A stretch of DNA of 64,000 bases from Raillietiella orientalis (lineage: Eukaryota): contig JAYWIR010000015.1 in NCBI GenBank assembly GCA_036172245.1, positions 496,001 through 560,000 on the forward strand. Reading direction: 5' to 3'. Below, one piece after another: positions 63,035 through 64,000 of this stretch (position 1 is its first letter; every line of letters begins with the position of its first letter). A model generated the notes under the pieces. The model saw only the letters and a program-made list of their open reading frames with translations. It was not told the origin of the DNA and searched no databases. The translations under genes and the position numbers were made by a program.

Positions 63035-64000
63035 CTAAAGAAAATACACATTAGACTATTAGCACTTATTAAGCTGACTGCTTACTGCTACAGACAAGTT
63101 TTTAAAGGAAACAAAGAACATGAGATTTCCCCCTAGAAGTTAATTACTTTAAAATAAACTCTACAATTCTCGGTAAATGTCTGTAGAACTACATGGCTGC
63201 TATCTTTGTTTTGATTCCATGAATAATACTAAACAGCTTATCTCATGATGCACTAGATGTATAAATATAAACAGCTGAATCTGCACTCAAAACAATGATT
63301 CCCTAAAGCCATAAAAGTCTAAGACGTGAAACTTTAAAAATACACACACAAAAAAAATACCCTAAAAAACAGTACAGACACTGAAACCAAAATACCAGAA
63401 AAATAAAGTTTTCCCGCAGAATTTGTTTTAAACTTCTGATCATATTCCTGAGATTAGTACCATTATCTTTGATTTTCTCAAACATATGTGCTTTTACAGT
63501 TTCCGGGAATCTGTTTCCTGTATTTTAAAATAATTCTTTCCCACTCCATTTCATATTCATTAGAACATATGAGATATACACTTTCCTGATGAACAAATTA
63601 TCAATCGTTCCTGAAACCAGTCAATTGCTTTGCCAAAAATAAGCAAATAACCATCACAAGTCAAACTGATAAAAGATGAGCTCTAACTATAATGGTTTTA
63701 ATACTTCATTCATTTAACTATCTTTAACAGTGAATTTTTTTGCCTTTTATTACTGGTTTATTATTACTAGTTACCAAGCTTTTCGTATTTCAATTTTTCC
63801 ATCAGTTTAGTTAATACTTCTGTAATATATTACAACTTGCTAGCAAACCAAATTTCCCAGATTTTTAAAAATTTGAAATGGAATATACTTTACATGCATA
63901 CATGATGCATGTCAGTTAGCATATTGCTCATTTTCGAACTTCATCTTCAATTTTTCAAATTTCTTGTTTATTAATGCTATTTTTTGAAAAGGGAATCAAA

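Overview
AT-rich, intron-containing invertebrate DNA (probably an arthropod; inferred, not identified). Four protein-coding genes could be hand-spliced. (1) Mitochondrial DNA polymerase gamma, POLG (minus, 5362-10026, 17 exons, ~1138 aa). (2) A divergent class-A DnaJ/Hsp40-like gene (plus, ~14500-18980) in which I find no J-domain or HPD motif. (3) A ~2060-aa multi-C2H2 zinc-finger gene (minus, 19045-26058) with a pair of homologous, apparently mutually exclusive exons that swap the recognition helices of two adjacent fingers. (4) The 3' part of prolidase, PEPD (minus, 60442-63034, 5' end apparently outside the window). Most introns are only 37-52 nt. Between the zinc-finger start and the PEPD stop lie ~34 kb with no recognisable gene. 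Its core (~33-52 kb) is a GC- and CpG-rich, low-complexity dome with graded edges, whereas the gene bodies are CpG-depleted. The dome carries YY1/Pho-like motifs, GA repeats, triplet repeats and a diverged ~190-bp direct repeat; its long ORFs look like compositional artefacts. No rRNA, tRNA or CRISPR array was found. All gene models are manual and need transcript confirmation.
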